From NCBI GenBank assembly GCA_013265495.1, contig MU061538.1:2315339-2375338 (forward strand): a stretch of 60,000 nt of DNA, in the 5' to 3' direction. Under the pieces are notes generated by a model. The model saw nothing but the letters and a program-made list of their open reading frames with translations. It was not told the DNA's origin and searched no databases. The translations under genes were made by a program, and so were the position numbers. The stretch is from Vicugna vicugna (lineage: Eukaryota). Numbering within the stretch: position 1 is the stretch's first letter; every line of letters starts with the position of its first letter. Shown piece by piece: positions 1-11,672 of the stretch.

Positions 1-444
1 CCCTCCGTGGTGCCATGACCTGATTGCCCTTAACCCTCACAGGTGAAATTTCATTTAAGGAATAGCCTTTTTTTCTTTAGGGGATATAAATGAGTATGTT
101 TTCCAAGTTCCAACTTGGGACTCAAAAGATAAAATCATTGAAATGAAAAGTGTTCTGAAAAGTTCAGGGTTGAGGATAGAATCTGTAACAAGAACTGAGA
201 GGGGGAGGGGTCGAAGAATTTTAAGAACTGCTGGGTCTGGGGAGAGCAGAGGGCACCACTGCCTGGAGGGCTGCCCTGGAAGGCGGCCTTGGCGCCCGGC
301 TCCCGCCCAGAGGGCTGCCCAGGCAGACGCTGGTTTTGACGTGGAGAGCTGCTGTACGCGAGGTCGATACTGGCATGTGCCTGTCTCTCGATGCTACCGT
401 GTTACCTGGGAGATGGATTAAAGTAAATAATATCTTAATTACAG

Positions 445-515
445 GGCGTAAGGCTGCCTCCCAAACTGAAACAGAATGAAGTAACTAACATCCAGCCTTC
501 TTCCAAAAGAGCCAG
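445..515 (+). CDS. PAXIP1: PAXIP1 (PTIP) internal coding exon, [23 protein letters not shown](R)
   Basis: ttacag| acceptor and |gtatg donor; 71 nt (phase 0 to 2); peptide matches recalled human [26 protein letters not shown]. Confidence 0.93.
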
Positions 516-713
516 GTATGAAGAAGCACCTTACTTTTTTCTGTGGTTGGTGACCTTTTACAGATTTGTTTTAGAAAATGGTAGCAGTTGGGAGAGTGTC
601 TATAATTTTCACATAAGTAGGTTTGGAAAGATTTGCTGATCACATCAGCCCTCTATTGTGACGTCTCGTTTTGTTGCCAGAGATAAATGGGGAGTAGTGT
701 TTTTCTTCCCTGA

Positions 714-838
714 GGGGGAGGGCATAGCTCAGTGGTAGAGCGCATGCTTAGCACGCGTGAGGCCCTGGGTTCAATTCCCAGTACCTCCATTAAATAAATT
801 AACCAATAAACCCAATGATCTCCCCCCCAAAATAAAAG
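714..838 (+). mobile_element. tRNA-derived SINE, camelid Vic-1 type
   Basis: GGGGAGGGCATAGCTCAGTGGTAGAGCGCATGCTTAGC..GGTTCAATTCCCAGTACCTCC (Pol III A and B boxes), followed by an AT-rich linker, C-run and A tail as in recalled Vic-1. Confidence 0.85.
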
Positions 839-1726
839 CTGTCTTTGCCCAAAGCTGCACCAGCACCCCTAGTGTGCAAGACACGAGCTGCTGTGTGGAA
901 TGCCCCCTCGGACTGCAACTTCATTGTGCCCTTGGGGTCTGTGTCCTGACCCTTGACGGGAGGGTGACACAGCAGGACCAGGTGGGAGGGGTGGAGACCC
1001 CTCCGCAGGCCCCTGGGTTGGCATGGGCGCGCAGACTGTCCCGGTCTCAGCTGGTAGAGACAGGCTGGCGGGCTACTTAGGAGGGCGTGGCCCGGGCAGC
1101 CCTGGTGCTGGGGAGCATCGTCTGCTGCAGCTGCCAGTGTCTTCACCTTTTTCCTTCCCTATGAATTACTGGATATTTTAGTAAAAGCCTAATTGTGTGA
1201 TTATATATTTTAAAGACTGCCATCAAAGTGCCACAAACAAAAATTTTTTAACAGACTGTCTCAAATATAAGCTACGACGGCTTATATTTGAAATTCAAGG
1301 AAATCCTTGATCCTTGGATTTGAAATTTAAGGAAATGTAAAAAGACTGAGAGGTTCAATTTAAAACGTGTGGCTGAGTCCGTGCCTCCTGGCAGCAGACG
1401 GGGCGGGCGGAAGACAAGCTGGGAGCAGGAAGACGTGGACTCTGGTGTTAGAACCATGAGCTAGAGGCCTGGGGCGGGGACCGGCGAGGAAGTGGGGACT
1501 CTGCATCTCAACCATTAGGTGAGGGGCTGCTTCCCTTGGAGGCGCCACAGTCCTTCAGGGGTGACGGTGGGAAAATGGTGGAAAGGGCAGGGCAGGCAAG
1601 TCACGGCCCATGAAGGAAAGAAACCACACACACTGAACGCTGTTAAAGCTGGTTAAGTCCCTATTTTCTAAAGAACACTTTTACTGTTACAATGAAATCA
1701 CCATTCTGTGTATTTTTATTTTATAG

Positions 1727-1829
1727 AATTGAAGATATACCACCACCCACCAAAAAGTTAACACCAGAATTGACCCCTTTTGTGCTTTTCACTGGATTTG
1801 AGCCTGTTCAAGTTCAACAGTATATTAAG
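1727..1829 (+). CDS. PAXIP1: PAXIP1 coding exon, [34 protein letters not shown] (start of BRCT5)
   Basis: ttttatag| acceptor, |gtaac donor; 103 nt, frame continuous with the previous exon; peptide visible in ORF 1692..1919. Confidence 0.96.
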
Positions 1830-2809
1830 GTAACATTTTACTTTATTTCGCATGATGATTTCTGCTTACATTTGCTTTCGGCCAGCAGTTTTATTAAACC
1901 AACATTTAATCAGGAATAACTTATACCAGTGTTTATAATGTGTATTTATAAACTGTTTGTAATAGTGTTTAAAGTCATTAAATCAGTGACTTCCCACTTA
2001 CTTTTAGTAGAAAAGGGGTTCAGGTGAGTAGACCAAGAGCATTTTTATAATCGTGTGAGCGTCTGCAAGGCTGCGGCAGCATCATTCTCAAACACATGCA
2101 CGCAGCAGCCGCGGCTTCAGGTTCCGAGTCCGCGGTCTTCTCGAGGTTGGTTTTCTTGGGAAGGACAGGCCAGTGCCAGAGAGCTGGATTTGTGTATTTA
2201 GATAATACACTTCTTGAAATAACAGTATGAGGGCTTATGGGATTTTGTTTTCTTATTTTGGGGAGGGGAGGTTGTTGATTAAGAGTATAAATTGACCTGT
2301 ATCACGTTGGATTCATACATTTTACTTTTTTTTTTAAAGAAAAACAATTATAAACGCCATTATGAATTTAGTACAATTTTTTACCTTTAAAATTGAGTAG
2401 TTATTAAGACCATCCTTTATAGTCATCTTAGTCAATTTTTATGTCATTTTTTAAAATAGAGACTATCTTAATGTGCCTCACTGACACTCACTTCAGCTTT
2501 AAGTCTGGGCACGTTTGTTCCCTACGTCTGCTGCGCCGTCCTCGCGGCGTTTTACTTATTCACAGGAAGGCCTTAGTGGTGTCCAACAGTGAGTTCAGCC
2601 TTTAACCTTGAGTTGTTGCAGGGCGCCAATCATAGAAACATACACTGGAAGTTCTAGTTTCTACTTCTCTCCTGTGGTGGCGGAGGCTTGGTCTGGCCTT
2701 ACCAGCTGCACCACTTTCCACGGCTAGGAACGCTCCGTAACCTTAGCTTCCTCAGAGCCACGCCTGTGGCTCTGCAGACTTAGCTCTCACCTGTGTCCAT
2801 GACCTCCAG

Positions 2810-2978
2810 AAGCTCTACATCCTTGGCGGGGAGGTCGCCGAGTCTGCGCAGAAGTGCACCCACCTCATTGCCAGCAAGGTGACACGCACGGTGAAGTTCC
2901 TGACGGCTGTGTCCGTGGTGAAGCACATCGTGACTCCGGAGTGGCTGGAGGAGTGCTTCCGGTGCCAGAAGTTCATTG
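2810..2978 (+). CDS. PAXIP1: PAXIP1 coding exon, [56 protein letters not shown] (BRCT5)
   Basis: ctccag| acceptor, |gtgagt donor; 169 nt; BRCT hallmarks GG, THLI and WLEEC. Confidence 0.97.
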
Positions 2979-4179
2979 GTGAGTCGCAGCAGCGGGCCCT
3001 CAACGAGTTTATCTCCACCTTCATCCCAGCAAACATCTAGCTCGTTTCTTAACTCACGGTTGTCCATTTAAATTTGTAAGTTTATTCCATGTCCCAGTGA
3101 GACATTGGCTGGGTAGCTCTGCGTATTAGGCTGTGGTGGTTTGGATGGTGTCAGTAGGAAAGTAAGCTCTGGGCCCCTGCTTTGTCGTGTCCTGATCACT
3201 GTACTTTGTTTGGAAACGTGGCTGTTGAATGAGGTTCCACCTGCAGTACAGCAGACAGGAAAGTGAGGGGAGGCCAGGAGTGTCCTGTGAACATCAGGTG
3301 GGGGGACAGGGTGTGACCCCCGCTGCGCAGAGCACCAGACGTGAACCCCCTTTGCTGGCACTGACACTTGGTACGGAGTGTTCTCGGAGCCTCGCTAGTG
3401 AAGCAGCGCAGAGTATAAATCCAGTGGCGTCTCTCCCCGTGGAGGCGCTCCAGTGGGACGGACCTGCAGCCCCGTCGGCTCGAGCAGCAGCGGGGGCTTC
3501 CTCGACGTGCAGGCGCGGGTGCCGTCAGGACAGAACCCCTAAGCCCACCCCACGTCCTCAGCCCCCGTCTGGCTGGAGCAGAGGCGGCGTGTGGCCCGGG
3601 AACGAGCTTCACTTCAGTGCCAGTGTTGTTTCTCGTTTTGGGTATTTACACCCCAGTCAGAGGGCACTGAACCCTAACCACCACCACCCCCCCGTCCCCG
3701 TCACGGCACAGGGCGCGCACCCCCAGCTGTGCTGCCGTGCTTGGCCCTGTGCTCTGCTCGCGCCTTCTCACACCCCACCCTTTAGGTAGTGGAATGAACA
3801 CAGCTGCCCAAGGACAGGCAGGCGGCATGGTCAGGGGACCCACGGAGACGTCAGGGGCACACCCTGTCCCCATGGGCCCTGTGCTCTTCTGACTGAACTA
3901 ACTCCTCACTACTCGTGAGGACAAGGCATGGGTGAGTTAACGTATTTTACATCTGTGTCTTCTTGGCCTTTGGTATCTTTAGTGTTAATAAAAGTACACA
4001 TTTTAAAGTTCAAAGGTCATGTAGTCTAATCTTACAAATGAGGAATTAAGACTTAGAAAAAGATTTTGAAGTTTACTATTTGTAGCAAAGTTAGAACCAA
4101 ATTTAAAATTCCCTGATAGTACAACCTAGGAAAGAATAAATCATCAATATGAAAATCAATACGAAAAAAACTAAATCCG

Positions 4180-7100
4180 AGGACTTCCAGTCAAGATGGC
4201 AGAGTGGTAGGACCATGAGCTCACCTCTCCCCATGACAACCACCAAACCACAACTGCATGCTAAGCAGCCATTGGGAAAAAAGAGAAACCTAGCAAAAAA
4301 GATCTTCAGCTGGAGACATGAGAAAGGGAACCACAGCAGGACAGCACGAGGGGCGTGCCCACAGTATGATCAGGCCCATTCCGCCCAGGGGGGCGGCCCA
4401 CGAGCTGAAGAACAATTAAGTCGCAGAGGCCCTCCCACAGGAGGGAGTTCTGAGCCCCACGTCAGGCTCCCCAGCCCGGGTCCTGGCACTGGGAGGAGGA
4501 GGAGACCGCAGGACATCTGGTTTTGAAGGCCAGCAGGGCTCAGCTCCAGGAGCCCCAGGGACTGGGGGAAACAGACTTCACTCCCTTGGGAAGCGCACAC
4601 ACAATCTCGTGTGCACCAGGTCCAAGGGCAGAGGCCGTGATTTCGTAGGAACCTGGGCCAGGCCTGCCTGCTGGATCTGGCGGGTCTCCTGGGGATGTGG
4701 GGGACGGCTGCGGCTCACCCAGGGGACATAAAAGCTGGTGATGGACATTCAGGGAGTGTTCATCTACTTGAGCTTTCCTGGAGGCTGATGTCTTGACTGG
4801 ATCATTAGCACCAAGACCCAGCCCCACCCAACAGCCTGTGGGGAAGCCTCAGGCCAGACAACATACAGGGTGGGGGCACAGCCACACCCACCATCAGACC
4901 TCCTGAGCCACAGAGGCCTCTAGACACGGCCCTACCCACCGGAGGTCCAGGACCAAGCTCCACCCAGCAGTGGGCAGATACTGGCTCCTCCTGTCAGGAA
5001 GCCTGCACAAGCCTCTAGTCCAGCCTCATCCACCAGGGCAGGTACCAGAAATGAGAAAACAGCAATCCCAAAGCCCGTGGAAGGAGTCCACACACACAGG
5101 CCAGACTCCACACTGGGACCAACAGGACCCTGGCCCTTGGGGGACAAGAGGAGTGCACTGCTGGGACACACAGGACATCTCCCACAGAGGGCCACCTCGC
5201 CAAGGGCGAGAAAGTAACTAACCTACCGAAAACTACATGGATAGACGACGTGGGGCAGCAGTGGAGAGTCTCCCAGGCCAAGGCACAAGACAGAATCCCA
5301 GAAGAAGAAATCAGTGGTGAGGAGATAGGCAGTTTACCCAAGAAAGAGTTGAGTAACGATGGCGAAGATGTTCGGAGAACTCAAGAGGAGTACAGATGCA
5401 CAGAGCGAAGTTATAGCAAAGAATTGGAAAATACAAAGAATACGCAGAGTTGAAGAATAAAATCACTGAAATGAGTAACACACTAGAAGGAACCAAGAAG
5501 AGACTGAATGAGGCAGGAAAGATCAGTGAGCTAGAAGACAGATGAGTGGAAATCACTACTGCAGAACAGAAGAAAAAAAAATGAGGATAGTTTAAGAGAA
5601 CTCTGGGACAACACTGATAACTCGCATCATAGGGGGTCCCAGAAAGAGGAGAGAGAGAGGACCTGAGAAAATTTTTGGAGAGAGAATCACTGAAAAATTC
5701 CCCAACTTGGGAAAGGAAAGAGTCACCCAAGTCCAGGAAGCGCAGAGAGTTCCACCCAAAATCACAGAGGATCCACCCAAAGAGGGGCACACCAAGGCAC
5801 ACAGTCATCAAACTGACAACAATTAAGGACAAGGAGAAAATATTAAAATCAGCAAGAGGAAAGCAACAAACATACAAGGGAGCTCCCGTAGGTGATCAGC
5901 TGATTTCTCAGCAGAAGCCCTTCAGGCCAGAAGGCAGTGGCAAGGTGTATTTAAAGTGATAAAAGGGAAAAACTTAGAACCAGGAATACTCTACCCAGCA
6001 AGGCTCTCGTTCAGATTTGAGGGAGAAATCAAAAGCTTCACAGATAAACAAAAGCTGAACGATTTCAGCACCAAACCAGCTTTACAACAAATGTTAAAGG
6101 ACCTTCTCTAGTCATCAAACCACAAGAAAAGAGAACAAAAAGGAGAAAGAAAAAGCAGACCTACAAAATACTGCTTTGGCCGTTTGGGGTCTTTTGCTGT
6201 TCCTTATAAATTTTGGATTTGCTTGTTCTAGTTCTGCGAGTATTTTGACGGGTTGCGCTGGATCTGTGGGTTGCTTTGGGCAGTGTGGCCGTTTTGATAG
6301 TGTGGATTCTTCCCATCCAAGAGCACAAGGTATCTCTCCATTGCTTTGTATCTTCAATTTCCTTCATCGATGTTTTAGTTTTCTGAGTATAGGTAACCTC
6401 CTCTGTTAAGTTTATTTCTGGTGTTTTATTGTTTTTGATGCCATGGAAATGTTTATGCCAGTTACAAAATTCTGGTTTTTGAAGCACAAAAAAAAGTGAA
6501 GAGCCACAAGTGGCAAGATACCCTTCTTTTATGTGGGTGCGGTGTGTTCCATCGCATATGTGAGCGACAGCTTTATCCAGTCGTCTGTTGATGAGCACTT
6601 GGGACGCTTCCATGTCTTGGCAGTTGTAAATAGTGCTGCTGTTAACAGCAGGGTGTATGCATCTTTTTGAATTAATGTTTTTGCTCTTCTCGGATATGTT
6701 CCTGGGAGTGGAATTGCTGGGTCATATTCTAGTTTTAGGTTTTGGGGAAACCTCCATTTTGTTTTCCATGGTGGCTGCACCAGTTTACATTCCCACCGGC
6801 AGTGTCTAGGGTTCCCTTTTCTCCAGACCCTTGGCAACATTTGTTACTTGTGTTCTTGACAATGGCCACTCTGGCAGCTGTGGGATGATGCCTCGTGGTT
6901 TTTATTTGCAGTTCTGTGATACTGGAGATGTTGAGCAACTTCTCATGTTCCTGTGGGCATCTGCATTTCCTCTTTCGGAAAAATGTTCAGTTCTTCTGCC
7001 CTGTTTTTAATGGGTTGTTTGCTTTTAAATTGAAGTACAGTTGATATAAAATGTTGTGTTAGTTTCTGGGGTGCAGCATGGATGGACTCGGAGGGCATCA

Positions 7101-7479
7101 TGCCGAGTGAAGTAAGGCAGACAGAGAAAGACAGATACTGTAAGATACCACTTACGTGTGGAATCTGAAAAATACAACGAACTAGCGAATATACCAGAAA
7201 AGAAACCAGCTCACAGAGGCAGAGAAGGAACTCGTGGTACCAGCGGGGAGGGGGAGGGGCAAGGCGGGGGGGGAGTAAGAGGTGCAAAGTCTCAGGGTAA
7301 AATAAGCTGCACGGACGTGCTGCGCAGCAGGGGGAACGTGGCCAGTGCTTTATAGTAGCTATAAACGGAGTATAACCCTCAAAACTGTGAATCACTGTCT
7401 TACACACCTGTAACATGTAACATTGTACATCAACTGTACTTCAATTTTTAAAATATATTGTAAAATAAATACATAAATT
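4180..7479 (+). mobile_element. Rearranged LINE-1: 5' UTR and ORF1 (+), inverted ORF2 pieces (-, about 6170-7075), 3' UTR and A-rich tail (+)
   Basis: AAGATGGC 5' start; ORF1 peptide TPRHTVIKLTTIKDKEKILKSAR; minus-strand ORF2 peptides WRDTLCSWMGRI and YDPAIPLPG; flanking near-direct repeat 4166-4179 / 7480-7493. Confidence 0.85.
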
Positions 7480-7701
7480 AAAAACTACACCCGCAGTAAT
7501 AGTTGATTCTTGTTACTCATGGTGCCGTGTTCTCTAAAGTGGCTACAGTGATGACGGACTGAGTGCACGCTGACCCGTGGCTCTTGAGGGGGGGTTCCTG
7601 TGAGCCTCAGTCACCTTGTCCTCAGCTGGTGGTACAGCACCTTGTCTGTGTCAGTAAAACTTTGTTGCATGTGTGTGGCTTATGACGCCTCATGGCATAC
7701 A

Positions 7702-7897
7702 CAGTTCATCCCTGAACACAGATTTGAACTGCACGGTCCACTGATATGCAGATTTTTTTCAATAAATGTGTACAGACCTCACGACCCACAGTTGGTTGAA
7801 TCCAAGGACATGGAGGGCCAACTGTAAAGTTATAAGCAGATTTTTGACTACGAGGCAGCGGGCTGGCACCCCAGACCCCGTGTCATTCAGGGGTCCC
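7702..7897. mobile_element. TcMar-Tigger MITE (MER8-like); a further Tigger-like fragment may lie at about 7500-7700
   Basis: Degenerate terminal inverted repeats CAGTTCATCCCTGAACA ... TCATTCAGGGGTC and internal TTTGAACTGCACGGTCCACT. Confidence 0.6.
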
Positions 7898-8549
7898 TAT
7901 CTCCTCGATTTGTTAACACTGAACTCCCGGCCATCATGCTGGACTCCGCCTGAACGAGGCCACACTGCTCCGCGAGGCCGGACAGCCTCTGGCCCTCGGG
8001 GCTGGACAGCACGATGCTCAGGGGCCGACGGAGCAGCAGGGCCACCGACAGACACACAGGACCGTGGAGAGAGTGGCGCTAAACATGCCACGAGCAGGAC
8101 AGTGAGCTGGACCATGCGCCCGGCGGGGGCCCCACGCCTGTCCATGAGTGACACGAAGGCCCCAGGCCCTGGGAACAGGGCAGGCAGAAGGGAGACGCAG
8201 GGACAGCTCCCGTCAGTGTGGGTGTCAGTGCTCAGTCCTGTGTAAGTTATAACATTCACAGTGAGAGTCTGTTCTTTAAATGAAATGCGAGGGGCTTAAT
8301 TATCAAGCTTACCAGTTTGTAAAAACATTTTTTATCTGCTTATAAGCTTTATAACATTTCTTATTTGATGAGAGGTGTTTGGTTGACTTTAATTTCTATA
8401 TGGCATTAATGCTTGTCGTGTTGATCTGAGGGTCATGAGGTGGTTCAGTCATACTGTAACCATTTCACATGCAACACTAATGAGCCAAACGTTTCATATT
8501 TGATCCTTCAAGTTTCAGGATTTCTTAAGAGAACTTTTCTAGTTTATAG

Positions 8550-8865
8550 TAATTGCCTTTTCCAGAATGTCCTAGAGGTGGAATCATATAAGATGCATCC
8601 TGTTCAGACTGTCTTCTTTCACTTAGGGACACACATTTAAGCGCCGCCCGTGTCCCTCTGGCTTCACAGCTCATTTCTGTTTAGCCCCGAGTCCTGTTCC
8701 ATAGTCTGAGCACTCCCCGACTGAAGGGCATCACGCTGCTCCCGAGCTTCTGGTTTCACAGATGCAGCTGCGTCCTGTGTGCGGCTTGTGGGTGGATGTA
8801 AGTTTTCAGCTCCTTTGGCTACGAACCAAGCAGTGCGACTGCTGGACCAGGAGCACGTTGCCAAA
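8550..8865 (-). mobile_element. Old L1M (L1MB/MC-like) 3' fragment
   Basis: ccttttccagaatgtc..ggaatcata..ttcagactg..tttcactta, typical of an antisense L1M 3' end. Confidence 0.6.
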
Positions 8866-10068
8866 TTGCGGTACCGTTACCCCTGACACCTGAGCCTGTT
8901 TCCTACGAACGGGGACGTTCTGGCTGGTCGTGACACAGCCCTCAAAGGACCACTCCGTCAAGTCAGTGTAACTCACCTGTTCCTTTTCAAAGAGCAGAAT
9001 GCCAGCTGCAGCTGGGGCAGGACTGGTTTACTGCTGTTACTCAGTGTCATTTATGATGAGAGAACAAGTACTAACTCCTTGGTGATCCTCACGGTTCTTC
9101 AGAAGGCCTGCCACCTTTACTTTTGCCCAAGAAGCTGACATTTCAAATATTTCATGTGTGACAGCAGTTTGTTTTCTAATTCATCGCTTCTTGGTGATTC
9201 TTCCTCCACCTGACACGGTGCAGCAGCCTTATTCACCTGCTGGATGACCCTGTATGTCTAGCAGTTGTGAAACAGACCTCAGCGTCTCCTTTCAGCGTCT
9301 CCTTAGTGATAATGATCGCTCTGCTCAGAAGTGAACTAAGAACGGTCTTTACGTTTTTAAAGCATTTTTTTTAAAGGCCATGTAACGGAAACAGTATGTG
9401 GCCTGTAAGTCCTGCGGCAGGTGTCACCTGGCCAGCCCCCCACCCAAGACGCCCCCTGTCTTGAACCCTTCGCATTACACTTCTTGGTTGTTTTTGGAAC
9501 CTGAGACATACTCATGAGAAGACGAAAACACACTGCGATCTTTTGACTAATTCAGAAACCTTCAAAACTTGGCAAGACCATCCTTTATAAACTGCCCTGC
9601 ACATTCACATACTTAAAAAGGAATGTTTTTAGTAAATCTATAAAATTTAATTGATTCTCAGATGATTGAGTCTAATGTCTCTAAGTCACTGTGTCCTTAC
9701 ATCACACCCTGGGTGTGACAACAGCTTTCAGCTTGTCCCTCTGGGACTGGGGTCTTAACCTGGGGCCTGTGGGCTTGGAGAGCGTGGAAACTCCCTAAAA
9801 CGGTGAGGGGGCCGGGGGCGGGGCGGTGGGGCCACAGCTCTCAGTACATCTTTTCCAAGAAGCTAAGAAACACTGACCTAGGAGGAGGAATGTCTTCCCT
9901 TGGCCTGCTTGTTTTCAGGCGGGTAGCAAGTGAAATGTAATAGGTGAGACTTACGTGTTCGAAGGTTTCACAGGGAAACGCCTGCCGGCTGGGAGCCCCA
10001 GAGCAGGCCACACACGTGCGTCCCGGGCGCCGGCCGCTTTTCCGAGCGTGCGCTGCTCTGTTTTCCAG

Positions 10069-10169
10069 ATGAGCAGAACTACCTCCTCCGAGACGCCGAG
10101 GCTGAGGTGCTGTTCTCCTTCAGTTTGGAAGAGTCCTTGAGGAGGGCACACGTCTCTCCGCTCTTTAAG
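10069..10169 (+). CDS. PAXIP1: PAXIP1 coding exon, (D)[33 protein letters not shown]
   Basis: ttttccag| acceptor, |gtacag donor; 101 nt, phase 1 to 0. Confidence 0.96.
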
Positions 10170-11242
10170 GTACAGCTGGAAGGGAAGTCATGGGCCACCT
10201 AGACGCTCCAGGCAGCGCGGCTGCGGGGACGGGGCACAGCGGCAGGCTCTTCCGAGGCGCGGGCTTCTCCCGGCACCCTTCTCGCGCTGGTCCTCCTGGG
10301 CTGTGCTGCTGGGGGCCCCCACCGGAGAAGCCCGGGGTCTCCGAGTGCTGCTCCCCACCGCGTCTCGTCGGGCGGAGAAAGGTGAACAGAGATCTGTGAG
10401 AGAGATGTGTTACAGACCCGGGCTCGGAGAGTGTGCTTATGAAAAACTTAATTGTAAGACATTTAAATTGAATTTTCTGCTTTGTTACTTAGTACTGTTC
10501 TCTTTAAACGTATATTCAGCTGGAGAGTGGATAACATTCTTGGAAAAATATTAACTGAATGGGTGCCTAATAATTCAAGACTGAAATATTTAAATACTCG
10601 TTAGGTAAGATAGAATAGTTTGAAATTTTTGTGTGTGTGTCAGTGGCCAAGTTAAAAAAGGGTTTTTTACCCTCTTGAGCCAACTTAGGAATCAGAAATG
10701 ATTTGCAAAATAAGTTACGAGCATGCTACCTAAAGTCCGGTTTTTCTAAATATCTGAGTTTTTAACTTTTTTCCTATGAGCAATTTAAAACAAAATAGTA
10801 TTGTTTGGTACAGTTACAAGCAAGGGTGTTAGAAAATTACCTTAACCACTGACATCATTTCCTGCTCTATTTGAGCCCAAATCATAAAGAAAGGAATACA
10901 GGTGCTTTGCCAGTCTCTCCGACAAGTAAACATGAATACAATGTAGAATTTACAGAAATTGTGAAAGATGTTCTTGTCATTCTTGCTTTTATCACAAAAG
11001 TGTTCCTACTTCCTGTCTTTTAGGAACACAGTAAGTTCTGGTTGCTTTTAGTCATAGACGGCACTAACCTGTGCAAGTGCTTGAACTCGCGTCTCGCGCG
11101 CGGACCGGGAGGGGCGCGCGCTGTGTAGCGCCGTGAAGTGAGACGTTCCGTCAGAAAGCGCCGTGCAGGCCTGCAGGAGCCGCGTGCTCTGAGGCCGAGG
11201 AGCGTTTACAGCGCAGCGCTCACCTGCTCGTTGTACTTTCAG

Positions 11243-11377
11243 GCGAAGTACTTCTACATCACACCCGGCATCTGCCCGAGTCTGGCGACCATGAAGGCGA
11301 TCGTGGAGTGCGCGGGGGGCAGGGTGCTGTCCCGGCAGCCGTCCTTCCGGAGGCTCATGGAGCACAAGCAGAACAAG
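11243..11377 (+). CDS. PAXIP1: PAXIP1 coding exon, [45 protein letters not shown] (BRCT6)
   Basis: tactttcag| acceptor, |gtgacg donor; 135 nt; peptide in ORF 11138..11401. Confidence 0.97.
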
Positions 11378-11464
11378 GTGACGGGGGAGCCGCGGCGCTG
11401 AGCCCGCCTCCGCCACGGACGAGATTCACGGCTTAGTCACGGGGGCTCGTTTTCTTTTCCGTAG

Positions 11465-11540
11465 AGTTTGTCAGAAATAATTTTAATATCCTGTGAAAAC
11501 GACCTCCACTTGTGTCGAGAGTACTTCGCCCGAGGAATCG
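11465..11540 (+). CDS. PAXIP1: PAXIP1 coding exon, [25 protein letters not shown]
   Basis: ttttccgtag| acceptor, |gtacgt donor; 76 nt; follows an 87-nt intron. Confidence 0.96.
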
Positions 11541-11611
11541 GTACGTAAAAAACGCCCCCGCGGCCGCGCGCGCCCTAACGCGCGCCCCGACGCCCGGCCC
11601 GTGCCTTTCAG

Positions 11612-11672
11612 ATGTCCACAACGCCGAGTTCGTCCTCACTGGAGTGCTGACGCAGACGCTGGACTACGAATC
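11612..11672 (+). CDS. PAXIP1: PAXIP1 penultimate coding exon, (D)[19 protein letters not shown](S)
   Basis: cctttcag| acceptor after a 71-nt intron; ends at the non-canonical U12 donor |ATATCCTTT. Confidence 0.95.

Noticed and set aside
714..790. tRNA-Ala-like gene
   Set aside because: Has A and B boxes but an imperfect acceptor stem and the characteristic SINE tail; it is a SINE, not a tRNA gene.
9806..9832. G-quadruplex-like G-run cluster
   Set aside because: Such clusters are common throughout this GC-rich window; nothing singles this one out.
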